Below, piece after piece: positions 12,508 to 25,802 of a stretch of DNA of 64,000 bases; positions within the stretch are counted from its first letter, which is position 1; every line of letters begins with the position of its first letter. Under the pieces are notes generated by a model. It had not been told where the DNA came from. It was given only the letters and a program-made list of their open reading frames with translations, and made no database searches. The stretch covers positions 20,274,001 through 20,338,000 of the forward strand of contig NC_043020.1 in NCBI RefSeq assembly GCF_006345805.1, in the 5' to 3' direction. A program made the position numbers and the translations under genes. This DNA is from Octopus sinensis (taxonomy: Eukaryota).

Positions 12508-13155
12508 CTATAAAAAAAAAGAACACTTTTAAAATGTGAATAAACAAAGGAATTGAAGAATGAACACACTGAAAAACAACACCATGAAAATGATTACATT
12601 TTAAATCCAGTCTCTTATCTATGCTGTGCTTGTGTTCTTTGACAAGAAACAAGAACTGTTCCAGTTTCAATTCTTGATTACTATTCTGGGAAAGACCAGT
12701 TTACTCGTAGAGTACTGACTATACTGTAGTTCATTTAGTAACTTACTATGGTCTTGTCCAAAGGCAGAACTAGACAAACATTAGTGGTTGTTCTTCTCAA
12801 CTACACAAATTAGACTCACATAAAACATCTGGTAATGGTTATGTAGTCATTGTTTGTGTAATATCTCATCCATGCTGAGATTGTCCATTTAATGGAGAGT
12901 TCTACTCAATGCTGAGTGACAAGCAATATGAAAAGAGTCATCACAGCCACTTTTAAAACAACTGTCAAAGAGATGTTCAACAATGTCAATCTTTAGTTTC
13001 TTGAGGTTGAAGCAAATAAAGCCTCAAGTAAATAGTTGTCCCTTTTTGCATTAAGTTAGACTGCCATTAGTAAAAGAAGCTTAGAGAACAGGAAACTTTT
13101 GGCTATTACATATTTCGTATAATTTTGTAAATTACATATCACATATGAAGCTTAC

Positions 13156-13257
13156 CTGAATCCTCTTGAGAATCTGAAAACTTTTCCCCAATGCAGGGTT
13201 GAACTGCAGTGGATATCTGCATATGTTCCACTTGGGCATCATCACTACTGTCTTCAC
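13156..13257 (-). CDS. NCOA: NCOA exon: PAS-A (GEDSSDDAQVEHMQISTAVQPCIGEKFSDSQEDS)
   Basis: Acceptor tattgttacAG, donor CAG|GTAAGC; 102 nt; phase 1/1; E.MQ.S...QP motif. Confidence 0.9.
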
Positions 13258-14172
13258 CTGTAACAATAAATCCCAATCAAGTCTAATTAACAGCTTATGA
13301 TAATGATTTCTTTTATTTTATTAACAGCAGGCTGATGAAAATTGCCATAATCCTGACTGGATTTGATTACTGTAAGATGATAAAACTAAATACTGTTTGG
13401 CTCTTCTAACCCAGCTATCATTTCTGCCAAACCACCACATGTAACACTAAAATGATTTTATATAGGTATAAGGAAATAAATTTGTAGAGATAAATAAAAT
13501 TGAAAGAAGTATCCTAGTATATGCCTGGTACTATTTTAGTAACTCAAAAGCAAAGAATGGTAATGCTTTTATTGGATTGGAACTTACTATATCATTTTTG
13601 TAATTTCACTACCCAAAACACCATTTCTGTTATTCCACCGTTCAACAACAAATCTAGTAAGTCTAACTTTACAGTTATTAGTTTTAATTATGAAGTGGTT
13701 AGAAGTGGTTTGTTTAACTCTTAAACTAACTTTCTGAAATGTAAATGAATAGCTCAATGTATATAATAGCAAGTTTTTCTATTTCTGAAAACTGATGGAG
13801 AAATGAGGGTTTGTTAGAAGTCCTTCTGATGCTGATGCAACACTAAATGCACTCCAATTGACCTTTACTATTAGGAAGGGCTTCAAGCAATAAAACCTCA
13901 TGTCCTCTATACAATATCTGACGGGAATATGAGGTAGGTGGTATGGTTCCTATGGAGATAAATGAAATTAGAGATGCAAACATGGAAAAATATTAAATGA
14001 ATAGTTGAATGATAGCAATAAATCATTAAACAAAACGAAATGAAATATTTTTTTTGTGCATTCACATAGAAAACTAACACACATTGTTTCAAGATGGTAC
14101 TTTATGATGCACACGAGAGAGAGAGAGAGAGAGGGGGGGGGAGAGAAAGAGAGAGAGAGGTACTAGTCTTAC

Positions 14173-14250
14173 CTGAAGGCTTGATCAGCATCCGACAGAA
14201 AAAAGTCTTCCCTTTCGCAGCAGAGTTGTCTGATGGCCAAGCACTGGAGC
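14173..14250 (-). CDS. NCOA: NCOA exon: PAS-A (GSSAWPSDNSAAKGKTFFCRMLIKPS)
   Basis: Acceptor ttgttacAG, donor CAG|GTAAGA; 78 nt; phase 1/1; TF.CRML.KP motif of p160 PAS-A. Confidence 0.93.
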
Positions 14251-14959
14251 CTGTAACAACAATTGCAAAGGGACACTTCACAATAATGGTGATGCTGAGA
14301 CTCATTCAGTTTCAATAAATGAAATGACTCAGCAGAAGAGCAAAAGAAACAAAATGAATACTGAATATCATTTCACTTAGTGTACAGGTGGTATATAACT
14401 GGTTAAATTATCTTATTATTATTTATATTATTAAAATAGAATAGAGCAGAATGGATAAGATACTAAACTAGAACTTCACAGGTAATGAGTTTTAAAAAAT
14501 CATTAAAGGCTTTTGTGGTGCTCAGCTATCTGAAAAAGATGCCAGACTTGTAGAGGAAGAAGATCCAAGGAAATTGGAGACGGAGCTTTCTGGCAAGAAA
14601 GGATGCTCTCTAAATTGTCAGTATTTGCTTTCCCTTGTGGTACATGAATTTATATAATACAAATTTCATTTTCAAGAAAAAAACTTAAATGTGATTATTA
14701 TTTGTCCTTGACTGTGAATACCGATTAGCTATTTATTAGACTAGAGCATAGAATACATTTCATCCTAGACTATTCTTATAAAACTGGTACTATTTTATGA
14801 AAGCTCATCAACACAGAAATTAAAAACCAGTCCCAGTAATATTAGAACTTTAAAAAAAAAACCCCACAAGATGTTAAACTTCACATGATTTATCACAACT
14901 TTTCCTCACTTCTATGATCTGCAAAAGGAATGTAATGGAAATAATAACAATAATAATAA

Positions 14960-15430
14960 CCCTTGCCACATCTGAGTATATCCACAGGCATGATTGCGTT
15001 GGCAGCTACATCCACAGGGCAATGAGAACATATAAGTGATACAAGAAGGTACTGAACACATTAATAACAACCTGGGAAATACCCATCCAAATTGACAAAG
15101 AGATCAAGGCAAACTGTCCAGATATAATAATAAAAAGACCAAAAAGCAAACACATGCACGCTGGTAGACATCACAACCCCTTCTGATGAAAATGTTCCCC
15201 AGAAAGAGATTGAGAACCTGTAAAAATACAAGGATCTTGAAATTAAAATATTCAAGATGGTGAATAGGAGGATGAAAATGGTACTACTAGCAATTAGAGC
15301 ATTAGGTATAATTAGAAATATAGAAAAGGAAACATAGAAACCAAACCAGGGTTCACAACACTACACACTGCCTAAAAAATAGCTTTGCTAGGAACAGCCC
15401 ACATCTTGTACAAGACAATATTGATTCAAT
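14960..15430 (+). mobile_element. Dong/R4-clade non-LTR retrotransposon 3' fragment (restriction-like endonuclease domain)
   Basis: Broken frames give HRHDCVGSYIH, IQIDKEIKANCPDIIIKDQKANTCTLVDITTPSDENVPQKEIENL.KYKDLEI and IALLGTAHIL (PD-(D/E)xK-type RLE). The fragment is preceded by an (AAT)n-like tract at 14939-14959. Confidence 0.8.
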
Positions 15431-15503
15431 AGAATAGCTGAAATAGAACAATGTTCACAAACAATACACACCCTATACAACAAGACAACTCACACTACAT
15501 AGA

Positions 15504-16752
15504 TGAGGATGTGCTGAAAAATTCATAGGCTGACAATGAGGAAGTGATGCTAGAGCTGTGATATCTTGATGCATTAATTTCAACTCTTCTTTTTCTTATC
15601 AATTGTATTGTTTCTTTCCAGGTAAACTGATAGGTCCCTGTTCAAAAGTAACTAGAGTAGCAACTTCTCTTGAAAATGGACAAAAATAGGCATTGCAGTG
15701 TAATCAAACACTTTCAGAAAGTGTTTATCCCCCAAAGACATTCATGCTTACATAGTTGCTACATTAGGGGATGACTCCAACTTTATCAACAGTGCAAACG
15801 TGGGCAGCTGAATTTAGGAGTCCTGAAGACGACCCAAGCTCCGGATGTCTTGCAACAGCCACCATCAAGGAAACATTGATCATGTTCAGCACATGCTGAT
15901 GGATGACAGGCGATTGACTATAAATCAAATAGCCAATGCTATCAGCATATCTCATGAGAGTTGAGAATATTCTGCACAATGAATTTGGTATGATGAAGGT
16001 TTCTGCTTGGTGGGTGCCATGTCTTCTGATATTTGATCAAAAACACATCAGGCTGATTACATCATGGGAAAATCTGACCTTCTTTGAGACAGATCCAGCT
16101 GATTTCCTTGAATGTCTCCTAAACCAGAATGAGTGTTGGCTTCGTAACTTTGAGCCAGAGACAAAGAGAAATTTCATGCAATGGAAACACCCCTCCTCAC
16201 TTGCTCTAGAGAAGGCCAAGGTTGTTTCCTCTGTAGAGAAGGTGATGGCCTCAGTTTTTTGGGATGCAAAAGGCATTGTGTTTACTGACTACCTTCAAAA
16301 GAGATACACCATCAATGGAGAGTACTATGCTAACTTGCTGAGGCAGTTACAGAAAGCTATCAAGACCAAATGACCAGGAAAACGGATGAAAGGAGTCTTC
16401 ATCAGGAGAATGCTTCAGCACACAAGTCATTGTATGGGCATGACTGGATTTGAAATGGTTGATCCTCATTCCTTTTCTTCAGATTTGGCCTCCTTGAACT
16501 GTCAGCTGTTCCCCAACAGGAAAAAAACACTTGGCTGGGAACCAGTATCACCATGTTGATGATATTATGTCTGCTGCCAATGACGTTTTTGACCAACAGG
16601 ATGAACACTTCTTCACCAATGAGATCCAAGTACTGCAACACTGGGGGAAGATGCATGTGGACTGCAAGAGGGACTATGTTGAAAAGTAAGCCTTATTTGG
16701 TCACATTCCACAAGTATTTTGGTCAGCTTTTGAACTTTTCAGCCAACCCTTG
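15504..16752 (+). mobile_element. Degraded full-length mariner transposon
   Basis: TIRs tgaggatgtgctgaaaaattcataggctgac and ggtcagcttttgaacttttcagccaacccttg followed by TA. Transposase remnants NECWLRNFEPETKR..MQWKH and KVMASVFWDAKGIVFTDYLQK..TINGEYYANLLRQL; stops and frameshifts. Confidence 0.9.
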
Positions 16753-18863
16753 TACAAGATTAATGTCCAATAAAATAATACATCTCACATTACACACACT
16801 AATATAACAAGGAACTAAATCCCATAACAAAAACTAGTGCGGTACACCTACAGTAGGAGTCTATACTCCCCCCACCCCTACAAAAATAAGAACACAACAC
16901 TGCACACCCTCAAAAACACAAAGGTACTCCTGAAGTGAGTGCAGTAAAAACTCACATGAGACTATCAAAGGAAAACTTATCATCATCATCATAATAATAA
17001 TAATTCTTTTGAACATGGGCACAAGGCCTGAAATTTTGGTAGAGAAGTTAGTGAATGAAATCAACGACAGCACTTTACACAAGAACCACTGTGAAGTTAG
17101 GTTGCTGGATTACCAACAATAAACTGATCAATTCAAATAGTGCTATGATATTCAATTTATCATGTCCCGGAAGGTACAAAATAGTCAAGGTGCTGGACCC
17201 TCATTGACTACAAGCAGCATCAGTTCAAATTTCTCTACAGTCACTGTTTAGTGCTTTTTAGGCAAGGTAGATTATTGTCTGCTTCAGTCTGCTTACTTAA
17301 TAATGTCAATCCCATTTCACAGCTATCAACACTGAAAATGTAATAATCAGTGAACTCCAACTGAACTTTGCTAGCAATGAGAAAAAAAAAGGATGTAAAA
17401 GTACACTACATTTTAAACAAATTACATTATTAAATCACTAAAAGCAACAGTTATGAGCAGTGATAGACAATTTTACTGGTTTACAGTCTTACATTAAACA
17501 ACAAAGGCACCTGAAATATTTTAACATCAACATTAGCTAAGCCAGGAGATTCAGTGTTTCTATAAACTATTCAAAATCTAATTACACCATTGTAGACTAA
17601 AGAGAATAACCTTTGGATCATAATCACCAGTTAATATTTTAAGTGTTATTGTTATATCTCCTCACCAACTTTCTACTGCTGTTCTAAGTCTTCTACTGCA
17701 GTTAGGATGTCAAAAATGCTACAGGAATGGTTGGTGCAAGGAAGAATATGTCACAATAAATCACAAGAATATGTTTCCACATGAGGCTCTTAAAACAAAT
17801 ATTTAATAGACGACAAGTAAATCTTCTCAATGGGTATGAAGCCTGTCTGTTGCAGACAGTATTTTTCCACAAGTAATAATGCAGTAATAAATAAAATGCA
17901 GAACCAAGTTGTACTCATGAATTATGAACTGATCATTAAATATTTTACCTCTGTTCAGGGCAACAGAGCAGAGGGAGTAAAATTATCAACTTGTGTGTGT
18001 TATAGATAGATAAAGATGGGGGAAATATTGATAGATAGATAGATATACACAGACAGACAGATAGATATGAGAGAAGTACAAACTATAAAAATCACTTCAA
18101 CTAAAGAAATAAAATGAAGAGAGGAACAAGAGATAGATGAGGTATATGACTTCAAGTATATGTCTGATAGAAAGGAGAAGAGCAAATAATTAGACAGTGA
18201 AGAGAGAAGTATCAAACACCTATATTTTATTTCACATTTTGTGAGTAATAAGCATTGCTGGTTATAAACTTCTAACTGGACAATCACTGGTTCACTACCT
18301 TTATAATGGCTGAGTGTGACAACAGACTATTTGTGCAAATCAAAGGAAACAAACAATGGTAAGGGATTCCATTCAGAAGTACTGATTTAATGGCTTCTAT
18401 GTTGATGCTCATTGCTGAAAGACATGCACATACACACATACATGAGCTTTTGAACAGTTCCCATCTACCAGATTCCACATGCAAGGTATTGGCCAACCTG
18501 AAGTCATGTTAGAAAACTTTTGTCCCAAATACTATACAGTGAGATCAAACTCAGAACTACATAGTTGCAAAGCAAACTTCTAAACCGAAGTGCCTTATCT
18601 TACAAGAACCCATTTTGACCTTTATACCCAATATTATTGCAAAATAGGTCTCTAGAACATATCTTCTAGCAAGGTAGTAAGGTAAGGAGATTAAAAAACC
18701 CCCAAAAAACTGAATTCCCTGAACAAAAGGTTTCTCTATGTTAAAGCACATTCTATTAGAATCAAGGACAAAAAGAAATCATAACACAAAGCAGCATATT
18801 ACATTGATGAATTCTCTATATGGCAGAAATATTGAAAAGTTTTGTGTGTGCGTGCGCGTGTGT

Positions 18864-18897
18864 GAGAGAGAGGGGAGAGGAGGGAGAGGAGAGGGGG

Positions 18898-18990
<93 letters not shown>
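18864..18990. repeat. Polypurine tract with about 45 perfect GA repeats
   Basis: Directly visible; it accounts for the RERERE ORFs in the track. Confidence 0.95.
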
Positions 18991-18992
<2 letters not shown>

Positions 18993-19354
18993 CAAACCAA
19001 TATCCTTAATGAGGTCAATTTCTTGAGAATGTTTAAATCCTGATGCAGAAAATCAGCTTAAAGATTGAAAAAGTTGCTCTGCTTCAACTAATTACTCAAC
19101 TGACTAACAACCAGGAATCTAGTTTTTGGATAGAAATGCAATTTCCAGGAAACAAATTCCATTTATGGGATTCCAACGCTATTATGACTAGAACTTGTGG
19201 ATTATAAATGACACAGCAAAATTAAATAGTGAAGTACAAAATGTTTGTAGAAGAGGGATGGAGAGAATAAGTGGAATATATATTTCTGTAAAAGAAAATG
19301 TGTTCACATCAAATGATAGGTTGAAAAAAAAAAAGGTTTTTAACATTATCTTAC

Positions 19355-19445
19355 CGCCATAGGACATAGGAAGTAGTTTGCCGCTAAATTGGGCATGGTC
19401 ACCAACGTGGATAATGTTGTAGATACTTTTCCCAATCAGTTCCTC
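19355..19445 (-). CDS. NCOA: NCOA exon: PAS-A (EELIGKSIYNIIHVGDHAQFSGKLLPMSYG)
   Basis: Acceptor tcttttctAG, donor GCG|GTAAGA; 91 nt; phase 0/1. Confidence 0.95.
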
Positions 19446-19995
19446 CTAGAAAAGAAAGATGCAACAATAAATAATAAATAAATAAAATGCCATGTTACAC
19501 ATGCAACAAACTAATTGGTGGTGTTATGTCTTCAGTGGTTATTAAATATTTTGTTCACCACAGAACACTGTAGAAATTCACATCCTATATTTTCTATTGG
19601 CATCACCAGAGTTTGTGTCATTAGTCATTAAAATATCGATTTAGGTACAGAAAGAGTGGTTTACAAAGCATTCTTTCATACCAATAAATATATAAACGTT
19701 TCATTTGGTAAAATTTCTAATTTGTTTAATTGGCCTTTTTTTGAAAAAATAATTCTGTGAAGCATTCTAAGTCAAATACAATTCATATAAAACACGATGC
19801 ACCAGGAAGCAAATAAGGATATATGGATATATACACATTTGATAAATGTATTTGTGTATATAGTTTGGAATAGGTGTAACAGTTTAAATTTTACAAATTA
19901 TAAGAATAAGGTTTCTAATCTTTCATTATCATCTGCTTTCTATATTAGCATGGGTTTTGACAGGATTCAATAGGTCAGAGGACCACATCTTGTTT

Positions 19996-20137
19996 GATGA
20001 AAACTTCTTCACCAATGGGATTCAAGTACTGCAACATTGATGGATCACATAGGGGACTATATCGGAAAATAAACCTCATTTGGTCACATTCCATGAGAAT
20101 ATTTTGGTCAGCCTAAGAACCTTTTAGCTGACCCTTG
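19996..20137 (+). mobile_element. 3' terminal fragment of the same mariner family as 15504-16752
   Basis: Aligns by eye to about 16600-16752 (cttcttcaccaatg..atccaagtactgcaaca..atttggtcacattcca..ggtcagc..acccttgta). Confidence 0.8.
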
Positions 20138-20199
20138 TACTTTACTCCTGTAAATTTCATCCACTGCCTTTAAAATCCCTGAAATCTTCCAACCATCAT

Positions 20200-21750
20200 T
20201 AGCTATTAAATTATCTCACTTTCTACATTGAAAACATCTGTCTCACACCACCATTCTTTCTATAGTAATTAGATACTAAGGAATTTCAAAATACACATCC
20301 CTCCTACATTGACAATCAAATTATATGCCATGATCAACTATCTGTATTAGTTGGTATCTCCAAATACCTACATCCCTGACTGATACAAACAATAAATACC
20401 CTTGATCTCTTCCTCATGGCTGATCACTGTGTAATAGATGTAACACACTGCATATTGAATCCTCTGTTCAAATTAGCTAACTACTTAAAGCTTTAGGTAT
20501 ATGTTTATCTACTGGCTGTAAATGTGTTTCATCCCTGATTTATTTGTTAATAGTTAAGCTGGTGACAAATATGAGTCCAAGGTATGACCCTTCAAATTCC
20601 TCACACAATGAAGCTCATATTCTCAAAATCCTCAACTAGTTTACACACAGCTGTTACAGCAGTATGAGCAAAAGAACCCACTAATGCAATTCCTGGATAA
20701 CCAACATAATACACCATTGTAATACCTACATGATTACTATTAAAAATAATAACATAGCAAAGGATGCCTTTTTATAATGCAAAACTAGCAAACATTTCAA
20801 CTTCCAAAATTGTAATAAAGCTTTGTGATCCCTTGCTAAAAGGATCTCTATCAAATCTTCAAAATTTCTACTTGTCATTCCTTAAACAGAACAGCTGAGT
20901 CAATAATATACTCACTGAAATAATCTACATTTGTTACTTGCTTTGTCCAACTCTACACTGAAAGTGCACATACACACATAAATAAAATGAAATCCAGCTC
21001 TCAACTCTCCTTCTCCACACTTCCAGGGCTACCAAGTTTGAAAACTTCTATGATCACACCAAACACAACCTATCCCACTAATGTATCTTTCAGAACTTGT
21101 TCTTATTATTACCAAAGTCCTCAATCACCAGCTCTCTCTCTCTCTCTCTGGTTTATCCCAAGCTTTGTAAGCACCCTAGTGTCCTGCCTCTCAAAAAGCA
21201 ACAACTCTTACCAACATCTAGCACATGTTTCCAGTATCTCAGAGATAAAAGAAATCCCTGTCAATGGTGACCCCATTCATCATGCTCAGTGACCACTGGT
21301 ACAGCCTCCAGATCCACCAGAGACTTGATCCTCTCTGTTACTCACCACTGAAAATTTTAGAAGACAAAACTGTTGATTGTCTTTGGCATAAGAAAATCTT
21401 AAGTAGCCTGTCTCTTAGAAATTAAGTTTCCAGACAGACTGTCCTATTGTAGCACTTGATGAGAGGACTCCTTTTGAATTATACTCTATATGCTCTGATG
21501 AACTCTAAGGTTATGTCTCCCTTACAATAATATCCTACTACACAATCCCATGCAGATGATATATTTTACTCTTTAACCTTCTACAAATAGAAACCTTGAG
21601 AATAGGCTCCAATAGATACATGAGATCATGTATCTACTGTTCTTGTTCAACAGGACAAACACTCAATCACAACATAAAAAGGAAACAGTCTTCACATTTC
21701 CTAGTTAGAAATAAAGTAAAACTGTTGGATTCAATAATGACTATTCAATA
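20200..21750 (+). mobile_element. Ancient CR1/L2/Jockey-group LINE reverse transcriptase remnant
   Basis: 21301-21400 translates TASRSTRDLILSVTHH*KF*KTKLLIVFGIRKS (RST.DL...H...ALDISK-like), and about 21546 gives SHADDIFYS (YADD equivalent). Boundaries are approximate. Confidence 0.5.
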
Positions 21751-23504
21751 ATTGTTCAATCAACTAAAATACCTGTTCATTGAATTAGTAAGTGGCTGAG
21801 AATTCCACAGACACACTCAATGTAATCCTGAAGCAGAATCAATGTAATACAGTGTGAAACAAGGCTGTACCATTGAATTACAGGAACCATCATTCTATTG
21901 GCTCACCTCTCTGCCCATCCATTCATCCATCCATCAGGCTTCCACACCCAATTTCACTCATAAACCTTGGATCAATCCACGGCTAGGTTGAAAGACACCC
22001 AAATTTTGGGATTGGATCCAGGACTTTGAGATTGCAAATTAAACACCTCAACTAAAACTATCAATGTCACTACATATATCTAGTTTTATAATCTCTGCTA
22101 AATTATTATTAAGACATACAAGCATCAGAGACAAAATCTGAAAGAAAACCATTTGAAAGATTGGTAATGACCTACTCTCTCTAACACACTATAAACACAA
22201 CTCTGAGACTGCTACTTTTATCACCAGTACAACAAAATCTTCTGCATGTGTGTTTATCTTTTATCTTTTACATGTTTCAGTCGTTAGACTGTGGCCATGC
22301 TGGAGCACTGCCTTAAAGAATTTTTACTTGAATGAATTGATCCCAAAACTTATTCTTTTCTTTAAGCCTGGTACCTATTCTATCATTCTCTTTTGCCGAA
22401 CTGCTAATTTATAGGGATGCAAACATACCAACAGAAGTTGTCAAGTGGTGGTTTAGGACAAAACAGACACACACACACATTATAGTGGTGGGACCTATTC
22501 TTTGTCATAGGAATCACATAAGCATGTGCACATGCGCGTACACAGACATGTATGCATCAGACATGTATCTGATGCAGAAGATTTTAAAGGCTGTTTTCTC
22601 CTACATGCAGATCAACACTATCTAATGTATCCATTATTTTTAAGACAGTAGGAAACAATTTCAGTGCAATTTGACTGCTATTTCTCTTGTCTTGTGTGAA
22701 TGGATGCAAACATAGCAAAACATATGATCAAAAGTGTAAATGTCTTCATGAATATAATGTGTAATAATAAAGTTAATATTGAGAAAAATTGTGGAACTGA
22801 TGTATATTCAATGATTAGTTATACACACTGGTTATATATAAAATTCCAGTATGTTTGCAATCAGCAGTATCTGCCTTGTTCTATCAATTACAGCCTCTCT
22901 CCTTTTATAATACCATCTCAGCCAACACAGCCTCTTACATCCCACACAAACACTTGTATTTTTGTCTCATCAATGACTTTCTTTTCCCTTCTGTTATTGC
23001 CATTTAGAGCAGATTAATGGAACAATGGCTTGCAAATTGAAAAGTTATCAATTTATAGATTTCTGGGAGACTAGATTTCCTAAGAACTTATCTATTTGGG
23101 GATTGTCAATTTTAATTCAAGCCCCACCCACACATGCACGCTCCTATACAAATAACACCAGTAGTGTAGCTGTGACAGTTATAAGAATATATAGAATAGA
23201 CGAGGATACTGTTGCCATAAATTATCAAAAACTTTAAAACATTTAAGTATTGTTATTATGAAGACAAAAATAGTTATTCTTCATGCATAACTCACACATT
23301 TGCACTGTCTTTTAGACATTTCTTTGTTACCAGAACAGAGCTGAATGTAGACAAAGATAGCATCAAACATGTTAATGTCTATATCAAGGATGTCAAACAT
23401 ACAGCTTGCAGGACAGATCCAGCTCATGTTTAGTCTAGTCCACTGGCAGAATTTTACAAAAAAATATTCATGTACATCTTAATTTTGAAATATTCTGTAA
23501 AATA

Positions 23505-24735
23505 CAGGGTGTTTTGGCTAAATCTGATAATTTTTTGAATGTTTCCTTTTGCCAAGAACAGCTTGATGTGTTGATGAACAGTCAACAGCATTGGAGAGCA
23601 TAAGATTAAAGTTGGAGTCAAGAAAGTCAGTTGACATGGAGGATGGGAAGCCATCTGAATATTGGAAAAGAGTTAGTTGTATCATGATGATTCACGTCAG
23701 GTATCAAAATACCAACATCATGACTGCTGCTCGATGTTCTGTGAATACTGTAAAAGCTGTAAGATGTAACATGGACAGTCGCGACAGAAACTATGAAGCC
23801 AATAGGAAGGGACAGAACAGGTGTTCTGGCTGCATCCACAGGCTGGAATTCATCCAACAGCTGCAGGACAAGGTGATGGAAGATCCGAGCAAGGGAATCT
23901 GGGCTCTGGTGAGAAAGATGGGTGTTGGAGTCAACACCATGAAGCTGACCCTGAATGAGGACTTTCGCTACCACCTGTACAAAAGACATAGGGAAAAAAT
24001 TCTGATAGCCAAAGCAGATGCATCCTGTTGAACTGAGGATGATCTGGTTCTTCTCAGATGAAAAGAACTTCTGCCAGGACCAGTTGCATGAGACACACAA
24101 CGTTAGGTGGTTTGCCTACAATCCATGTGATGTCCCACATATGAAAACCAAGTTCCTCCAAAGTGTTTTTGGGTGTGTCTCCATTGAGGGAGATGTTTCG
24201 CGGCCCCACATCTTTAAACAATTCAGAAGGATATGTGAAGCTGATGGAGACTGTGGTCAAACCCTGGCTGGAGAGGGTTGCTGTTGGAAGGTCATGTGTG
24301 TATGACAATGGGATTTGGGTCCTTGCCATACCTCCAGAAAGAGTTAGAAGTGGCTTTCACAGAATTTCTACGACTTCACCAGTCCAAATTTCTGGCCATC
24401 TAATTCCCCCAATTGTAATCCCATGGATTACTTTGTGTGGGGCATGGTTGAGGAAGACACCAACTGCTCTGCCTGCAACATCAAGGCTGAGCTGGGGCTA
24501 AGATCAAGTAGGTGTTTGAAGATCTCAGGGGCACAGTGAGAAATGCATGCACCAAGTTCTGAAGTCATCTTGAGGCTATGGCAGAATATGAAAGCAGCTA
24601 CTTTGAGAAAATTATCTCCCAACCATAATTTGTTTGATATTTTTTTATGTTTTAAAAATACTTTTATTTTTGGATGGGATATTGTGTTTCCTTTTCCTTT
24701 TATGCAAACTGTCAAATTTTGGCCCAAACACTCTG
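23505..24735 (+). mobile_element. DD37D (maT/mori-family) Tc1-mariner element, decayed
   Basis: TA-flanked TIRs CAGGGTGTTTTGGCTAAATCTGA and (reverse complement) CAGAGTGTTTGGGCCAAAATTTGA. Motifs WFFSDEKNF, then QWDLGPCHTS...WPSNSPNCNPMDYFVW with exactly 37 residues between the second and third Asp. Confidence 0.9.
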
Positions 24736-25434
24736 TATAACACCTCCAGCATACTCTCAGATTCAGAGCCTGAATGGATTCTAATGATGTAAATGATTGG
24801 GAAAAATTTGGCAGCTGAAACAATGTAAGCTTTTTATAAAGCATAGGGGTGTCCTCAACAGCTGTATGCATTCATTTGGACAATTTCTATTTCTGTTCTT
24901 ACCCTAAGAATCCTTACTTAATAGGACTGCATGCGGATAAGTTTTCATCACATGCTCTACATATGAACACTTCATGTTCTTTCTTTTCTTAATTATAAAC
25001 GAAGTTGTTATATATATTGAGCCCCTTTAATCATTACTTTGGCTTTTAAGACTTTTAAGGAGTGATTGTCCCTATCCAGCCTGTGAAATCTAATGTATGC
25101 CTCAATTGAGCTCACAAAGCTTTACTCCATCTGGTGTGCATTATAAAAATCTGAGAAATGATGTGAGTAAAGTCTCAAACTCAACCTCCAAATGTTTGAA
25201 TTTGCAAGTATTTTACTATTAAATTTCATATAGCTCAGTTCTCTTCGCTGTGCGAAATAACAGAACTTCTGGGAATGTCATCTGCAATGCACAATCTTCT
25301 GATACTGTGAAAACGTTAATCACACATCAACCAAGTACTAGCTTTAAGAAAAATACATTCTGAGATGGTGAGTGTGACTAAAACAATTTCTAAGCAAAAA
25401 TAAATAAATAAAGCAAAATTATAGAAATACATAC

Positions 25435-25524
25435 CTGCGTGTATTTGAGGTAAAGAGAGACCTTTTCTGAGACATGTTCTACAATGCCTTGGCAGTTGAC
25501 AAAGAAGACAAAACCATCAAGAGC
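25435..25524 (-). CDS. NCOA: NCOA exon: PAS-A start (ALDGFVFFVNCQGIVEHVSEKVSLYLKYTQ)
   Basis: Acceptor aattttcAG, donor CAG|GTATGT; 90 nt; phase 0/0; canonical ALDGF.F.VN PAS-A motif. Confidence 0.95.
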
Positions 25525-25765
25525 CTGAAAATTGAAAAAAAGGATTTTTAAAGAAAAATGCTGATCAAAAAAATTGCCATTTTACTATTCTAAATTTGCA
25601 AGTATATCTCACTTCTTTTACTACAAATACAGAATATTGTTCAGCCTTCAAGCATACATATATCATGTAGTAAGTTGCTACCTTGTTCAATAATACAACA
25701 ATGAAATATTCCATCTCCGTGCTTTGAAAAAATATAGCTAAGTAACCACCCAACAAAATACTACA

Positions 25766-25802
<37 letters not shown>

